Source: Candidatus Kerfeldbacteria bacterium (GTDB lineage Bacteria > Patescibacteriota > Patescibacteriia > SBBC01 > CAIJZX01). Taken from it: DNA of 64,000 nucleotides. The translations under genes and the position numbers were made by a program. Where the stretch lies: positions 334,106 through 398,105 of the forward strand of contig CAVSWO010000002.1 of assembly GCA_963731735.1 (NCBI GenBank), written 5' to 3'. Positions 58,968-64,000 of this stretch are shown piece by piece. Within the stretch, counting starts at the first letter, position 1, and each line of letters starts with the position of its first letter. A model generated the notes under the pieces. That model did not search any database, was not told the DNA's origin, and was given only the letters and a program-made list of their open reading frames with translations.

Positions 58968-60224
58968 TCAGTTTTTTGGTTGCTGGGAAAAATCGGTGAA
59001 GAGCGATTCATCACATTTGGTCGTGCACAGGTTGATTCCAAAACACGGTGAGGGTACGAATTGTGCCTCGGTTGGTAAAACACTTGAGCACCAGTACGGA
59101 CTGGCTTGTTCAAAACACGTTTTACTATTGTCCGGGTTAATACAAGAACCGCAAACTTGGCTGGCCTCGGGCTGTTGAAAGCAGGAACGGGAACCGCTGT
59201 AGAACTGGCTGTTTGGCAGTGAACCACACGATCGTTCAGACACGGAGTCCGCACAATAGAGCGGCTGGGTATTACCACTAGCATCGGTGCCGCGTACCAC
59301 GCAGCACCCCAGTGTGGTTCGGGACTTCTTGGCCGCTAGGTTGATATCAAACTGCGGCAGCAGCTTCTCAATCTTGTTAATGCGTTGGACGGTTGTGCTG
59401 GGCGAAGAACAGCTTTGACTGGAGTTCGATAAAATTAAATTTTCGGTCCGGGTATCAACCATGCCGGTGGCCGGCAGCAAGTTGGCAAGTTGAAAACGAC
59501 GGACACACGAGGCGGTGTTGTCACCATAACAACCCTTCCCGTCCAGACTGGATAAACACTCGCAGCCCTTAGCATCCAAAGCCTCTTGCAGCCGGGCGAT
59601 TGGTCCGGGCTGCGTGCCCGGATCGGCGCAACGAATTTCGATGGCGCTGTCGGTGTCAGCCGTGCAGCCATTATCCCACGTGGCGTGACAGTCAGTGCGT
59701 GTTTCCGTGCCGCCGGTGCCGCTGAAGGGTCGTTCCGAACTCGTCCCCCCGAAGACGGTCGCGATTGGACCGGAGAACGGATTTATGGCACGCGCGGTTG
59801 TGCCGGTAATCGCGGCCACCGCAAAGTTAATGGTGATGTAGGCGGTCATCGAAATGATGACCCCCACAATCGCGCCAATCACGATCCGTTTCCCATCTTC
59901 AATTTTTGAAGGCCGGCCGGCCGCGGTAATCCACTGCACTCCGCCCCAGATAATAAACAGCACGGCCAGAATGATAACAATGCTCTGACCCCATTGAGCT
60001 AGCACCACAAATTGCTGAAAAAATGAATCAATGGTACAGGGATTGGCGAATTGATCGACCATAACCGTTTTACCATCGCTCCCGATACTTGGCACACTCA
60101 CAATTTCTTGGTCGCACGGAATCAGCAGACCGGTGGCTTCGCTTTGCGCATGCGCCGCCGGTACCCAAACATTCAGCGCCAGGCTGACCGCCAAGACTAT
60201 CGCACCAACCAAGAAGGTCTTCAT
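58968..60224 (-). CDS. pilin-like N-terminal domain fused to a peptidoglycan-binding (PG_binding_1-like) and ~20-Cys C-terminal extension
   Basis: N-term signal + two helices with AAGRPSKIEDGKR loop; IARLQEALDAKGCECLSSLDGKGCYGDNTASCVRRFQLANLLPATGMVDTRTENLI; many Cys thereafter. Confidence 0.45.
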   Translation of the reverse strand: MKTFLVGAIVLAVSLALNVWVPAAHAQSEATGLLIPCDQEIVSVPSIGSDGKTVMVDQFANPCTIDSFFQQFVVLAQWGQSIVIILAVLFIIWGGVQWITAAGRPSKIEDGKRIVIGAIVGVIISMTAYITINFAVAAITGTTARAINPFSGPIATVFGGTSSERPFSGTGGTETRTDCHATWDNGCTADTDSAIEIRCADPGTQPGPIARLQEALDAKGCECLSSLDGKGCYGDNTASCVRRFQLANLLPATGMVDTRTENLILSNSSQSCSSPSTTVQRINKIEKLLPQFDINLAAKKSRTTLGCCVVRGTDASGNTQPLYCADSVSERSCGSLPNSQFYSGSRSCFQQPEASQVCGSCINPDNSKTCFEQASPYWCSSVLPTEAQFVPSPCFGINLCTTKCDESLFTDFSQQPKN

Positions 60225-61594
60225 AGACTGGCGGTTAACTGCTCACCGGCCAAACGCAGCGCATCTTCGAGCGTGGCCTTACCTTCCAGGACACTGGTCG
60301 AAAGATCACGGAGGTATCCCTCGGCCTTCTGGCCGCCGTGGCCATGGTACCAAGTTTTGGCCGTCAGGAGCTGAGCCGCAAAGGTCCCGAGCTCGGGATC
60401 ATCCTTCTGGGTGCTTAAAATACTCCGCAGAGCTGAAAGTTTCCCGGTCATTTGGAGATACACCGGGACAGTTGATTCATAGGTCACAAAATTCAGCAAG
60501 TTCCAAGCCTGGGTGCTGCGGCCCTGTAATTGACTCGACTTTGAAACCATTAGCATGTCGTAACGAGCCGCATCAATCACCCGGGCTTGGTTCGTCAGCC
60601 CGTCCCGATCACCATCAGTGCTCAAATGAAGCATCGGCGAGACCGCCCAGTTGACCGCACTCTTTTTTATGGTGGCCAGGTCAGCCAGTGTTCCAAAATA
60701 GTAGGCCAGCTTCCCGGCCAAAAAATCTTCGCGAGCGTTTGGTTGTTGCGCGTTCCAACTATACGCAACTTTTTTCGGATTCGCGAAACTCAACCAAAAA
60801 TCCATGGCCGTTTGCGCCGCTTCGGTCATATGGACCGAATCTTGATTCGGTTGAATGGCCGGCCATCCATTTTGTAACATTAACAGCGCCATTAAGTCGG
60901 CGGCGTAAGGGACATTGTCGACGCTCCCGAGCGCCACGCCGGCCTGGACAATGGACTGCTGATCATCGGCCACCGTCAATCCGTTGACGGTTAGCTGTTG
61001 CAGCAGTTCACCCCAAGTCTTAGCCGGCTCGAAGACTTTCGCGTTGTTCAATAAATCTTTGTTGCTGTAGAGGACAATCGTGTCCATTGATAAGGGCAAG
61101 CCCCAGACCTGTCCATCAATCACCGCGTCTTGCGCCACAGCGTCTACAAAAGTGTTTTTCAGACTCGTCACCGATGGGGCGGGCAGGCTTTGCTGCACAA
61201 TTTCGGTGCCATTCCGAAAGAGTCCGGTCCCGGTTTTGACAATCGGAACGCCGAGCTGCGCCGGCATCGGCGTCGCAAATTCCGTCATCTGGCCGATCCA
61301 GGTTTGTGGGACAAAGAAAAGGTCTGGGCCATTGCCTTGGGCCCAGGCACTGACTAATCGATCATAATATCCTTCGGCCGGCACGACTTGGTAGGTGACG
61401 GTGGCGTATGGGCGTTGGATTGCATATCGTTTGGCCAGGGCGGCAAAAGCCAATCGTTCATCGGCGGTTCCCCAGACGGTTAGCGTGACCGGACTGACGG
61501 TGGTCGGTTTGCTTTTTAAAACACCGCTGACCAGCAGCACAATCGGAATGGCCGGTACCAGGATAATGGCGACAATGATGAGAATGCGGCGCAT
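60221..61594 (-). CDS. ABC transporter substrate-binding protein (family 1, sugar-type) with N-terminal membrane anchor
   Basis: Length and composition typical of SBP_bac_1; no permease/ATPase nearby. Confidence 0.7.
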   Translation of the reverse strand: MRRILIIVAIILVPAIPIVLLVSGVLKSKPTTVSPVTLTVWGTADERLAFAALAKRYAIQRPYATVTYQVVPAEGYYDRLVSAWAQGNGPDLFFVPQTWIGQMTEFATPMPAQLGVPIVKTGTGLFRNGTEIVQQSLPAPSVTSLKNTFVDAVAQDAVIDGQVWGLPLSMDTIVLYSNKDLLNNAKVFEPAKTWGELLQQLTVNGLTVADDQQSIVQAGVALGSVDNVPYAADLMALLMLQNGWPAIQPNQDSVHMTEAAQTAMDFWLSFANPKKVAYSWNAQQPNAREDFLAGKLAYYFGTLADLATIKKSAVNWAVSPMLHLSTDGDRDGLTNQARVIDAARYDMLMVSKSSQLQGRSTQAWNLLNFVTYESTVPVYLQMTGKLSALRSILSTQKDDPELGTFAAQLLTAKTWYHGHGGQKAEGYLRDLSTSVLEGKATLEDALRLAGEQLTASL

Positions 61595-61597
61595 AGG

Positions 61598-62476
61598 TTA
61601 TCGATCGAGATAGTCTTTAATGTCTTGTTTGAGCTCTGGATGTTTCAGCGCAAAATGAATATTGGCCTTGAGATATTCACGTTTACTGCCGCAATCGAAA
61701 TACCGCCCTTTGATAATTCGGGCATAGACGGCTTTGCGTCGGGCCATATTGTTGACGGCGTCGGATAACTGTAATTCACCGCCGGTTCCGGCCGGCAGCC
61801 GTTCAATCCAATCGAAAATGTCCGGGGTTAAGACGTAGCGTCCGGTGACCGCAAACAGGGAAGGCGTTTTGGCCGGATCAGGCTTTTCAATCACACCGGC
61901 GACCGGGAAAGCCTGCTGCACAGTTTTTCCTTTCGGGCGCATCATGCCGTAATGCCGGACCATTTCACGCGCCACCTCCATCGTTCCGATCACGCTGGCG
62001 CCGGTCCGATTATAAGTTTCGATAAGCTGTCCGATGGCCGGTTGTCGGGATTCAATAATGTCATCACCAAATGAAAAGGCAAACGGCTCATTCCCGACTA
62101 TCTCTTTCGCCATATACAGCGCGTTGGCGTTCCCCAAAATTTTATTTTGGCGGACGTAAACGAATTTTGCGAGTTTTGAAATGCGATGAACCTCTTTGAG
62201 CTGTTTGAGTTTCTTTGATTCGCGTAACGAAAGCTCCAGTTCGGCCGAATAGTCAAAATGATCTTCAATTGCCCGCTTATTCCGTCCGGTGACGAAGATG
62301 ATCTCTTCTATCCCGGCCTTGGCCATCTCTTCGACAATGTATTGAATCACCGGCTTGTCGACGATTGGCAGCATTTCCTTCGGTTGGGCAATCGTGGCCG
62401 GCAAAAAACGGGTACCAAATCCTGCCACCGGGATTACTGCTTTGCGAATTTTTTGACGTTTTGTTTTTTTCGCCAT
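61598..62476 (-). CDS. galU: UTP--glucose-1-phosphate uridylyltransferase
   Basis: VIPVAGFGTRFLPATIAQPKEMLPIVDKPVIQY. Confidence 0.85.
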   Translation of the reverse strand: MAKKTKRQKIRKAVIPVAGFGTRFLPATIAQPKEMLPIVDKPVIQYIVEEMAKAGIEEIIFVTGRNKRAIEDHFDYSAELELSLRESKKLKQLKEVHRISKLAKFVYVRQNKILGNANALYMAKEIVGNEPFAFSFGDDIIESRQPAIGQLIETYNRTGASVIGTMEVAREMVRHYGMMRPKGKTVQQAFPVAGVIEKPDPAKTPSLFAVTGRYVLTPDIFDWIERLPAGTGGELQLSDAVNNMARRKAVYARIIKGRYFDCGSKREYLKANIHFALKHPELKQDIKDYLDR

Positions 62477-62508
62477 GGCGCTACTCTACCACAAATACCC
62501 GGGAAAGT

Positions 62509-63970
62509 CTATGGAGTTGGGGGTGCAAATGCTGCTAAGATTTCTTCCAGCCGATGTTTCCCGTGCAGTTGCTGAATGACCGCTTTTCGGTCGGCATTGG
62601 TCCGTTCCGCAAATCGCTCGGCCGCCGCCACAATTTTTCCGAAATCCGGACCGGGCAGTAATCCAATTTCGAGCAAATCTTGTCCGCGCAGAATCGGATG
62701 TGGGCCATGCTGCAACCCCAATCGTTCTAGACGCCGAAGAAACCAATCTCGAACCGGGTATGGTTGGGTGGCAAATTCGCCCCCGCGTCCCCGAACATAC
62801 GGCTTCCCGGACGGTCAGAAGCTGCGATGGCAAGGCCGGCCAGATTTGATTGACAAGCTGACGCAATAGACCGTCCGGCGCATCCGACCCGACCCGCTCA
62901 ACCGCTTCCAAAGCGAGATGCTGATCAACCAGCTTGGCGACCATGGCGATTTGATCATCCCCAAAACCATTTTGGTGGAGCCAACGCTTGGCTGGCTCAA
63001 CTCCCGCATGCGCATGCATCGCTGGGTCGTCCGCTAAGCCCTGGGCATCCCGACGAACAGTTTTTCCGAAGTCATGACAAAAAGCGGCCAGCAGAACGGT
63101 TAACCGGTCGGGCGCAGCTGGATGATAGCGACGGACGAGGCCGGCCGCTTGATCAACCGTTAATAACGTATGCGCCCAGACGTCACCCTCGGGATGTGTT
63201 TGCAAAACTTGCGGTGTATCCGGTAACTGCGCAATTGCGGGAAACCGATCGAACAAACCGATGTCCATAGCCAACTGCAGACCAACCGACGGGATTTCGG
63301 ACAACAGAAAAAGTTTTTTCCACTCTTCGCGCAACCGATCTCGAGACAATTCGGCAGTGGCCGGGCTTAAAGCCTTGAGTTGTGCGAGCGTCTCGTCGGC
63401 CACGCTGCAATCGAAACGGGCAGCGAATTGGCACGCTCGCAGCACCCGTAACGGATCATCACCAAAGGTTTCCGAATCAACTACCCGTAAAATACGATCG
63501 TGTAAATCTTCACGACCGTGGTAGGGGTCGAGGAGTTCGCCAGTCAGCGGATCTTCCAGCATGGCGTTGATCGTAAAATCGCGGCGCCGCGCCGCTTGCT
63601 CAGGAGACAGGTGTGGATCTATTTCAACCGAGAAGCCGGCATGACCGCGCCCGGTCTTTGTTTCTCGCCGCGGCGCCGCGATATCCACCTCCTGGTGGCC
63701 GAATTTTACCTTGATGATTCCAAAGGCCTTACCGACTTCGGCCACTTCGCCAAATTGTTGCATCACTGCTTCAATTTTTTTCACCGGCAACCCAAACACT
63801 TCAAGGTCGTAATCCTTGACCGGCAAACCAAACAGGCGGTCACGCACTGTGCCGCCGACGAAGAATGTACGACCGCCGGCGCGTTGAAGAGCGGTGGCAA
63901 TGTGTTGAATGTCCTGCACGCCTATACTGTAACGGCGCTCCCATAAAAAGGAAAGTCTTGACAATGGCAC
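62509..63970 (-). CDS. cca: CCA-adding tRNA nucleotidyltransferase with HD domain; reading frame shifts near 62790 (C-terminal 62509..~62790 in a different frame from 62800..63970)
   Basis: FFVGGTVRDRLFGLPVKDYDLEVFG head domain; HD motif; genuine C-terminus ...LLEIGLLPGPDFGKIV... in the other frame; G5 homopolymer at the junction. Confidence 0.7.
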
Positions 63971-64000
63971 GAATATCCTACAAGCTGGCCCCAGCTCATA

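Overview
This 64-kb window looks like a small-genome bacterium (CPR/Patescibacteria-like gene content), read with the standard genetic code: TGA terminates the GT2 gene at 7774 and the long valS/PBP1 ORFs contain no internal TGA. It contains a complete but unlinked 16S rRNA gene (no 23S/5S), tRNA-Ile(GAT), tRNA-Glu(TTC), and the chromosomal origin region (rpmH-rnpA-yidD-yidC on the minus strand; DnaA boxes; dnaA-dnaN on the plus strand). Housekeeping genes include ruvB, ruvC, yebC, def, tsaD, tsaE, valS, tyrS, a pilB/gspE-type ATPase, nrnA-like, a class-A PBP, two tandem glgA genes, galT, galU and cca (apparently frameshifted). Accessory content: (1) an envelope-glycan locus (two Wzy/O-antigen-ligase-like proteins, GT2, Wzx flippase) just downstream of tRNA-Ile, which carries a 53-bp duplication of its own 3' half; (2) an ~8.2-kb island bounded by tRNA-Glu and a 20-bp direct repeat of the tRNA 3' end, carrying lipid-modification genes (UbiA prenyltransferase, CdsA/CarS-like CTP-transferase, BtaA-like DUF3419, CFA-synthase-like methyltransferase, GNAT, and a PEP-synthase-like enzyme split into two genes); (3) a secreted-protein gene interrupted by an in-frame TGA whose extended reading frame ends at its own rho-independent terminator; (4) six large polytopic membrane proteins (two tandem paralog pairs plus a DUF2079 protein) followed by four TrbC/VirB2-like pilin paralogs, one fused to a peptidoglycan-binding, Cys-rich extension, with a fifth paralog at the far end of the window. 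Function calls come from remembered motifs, not database searches.
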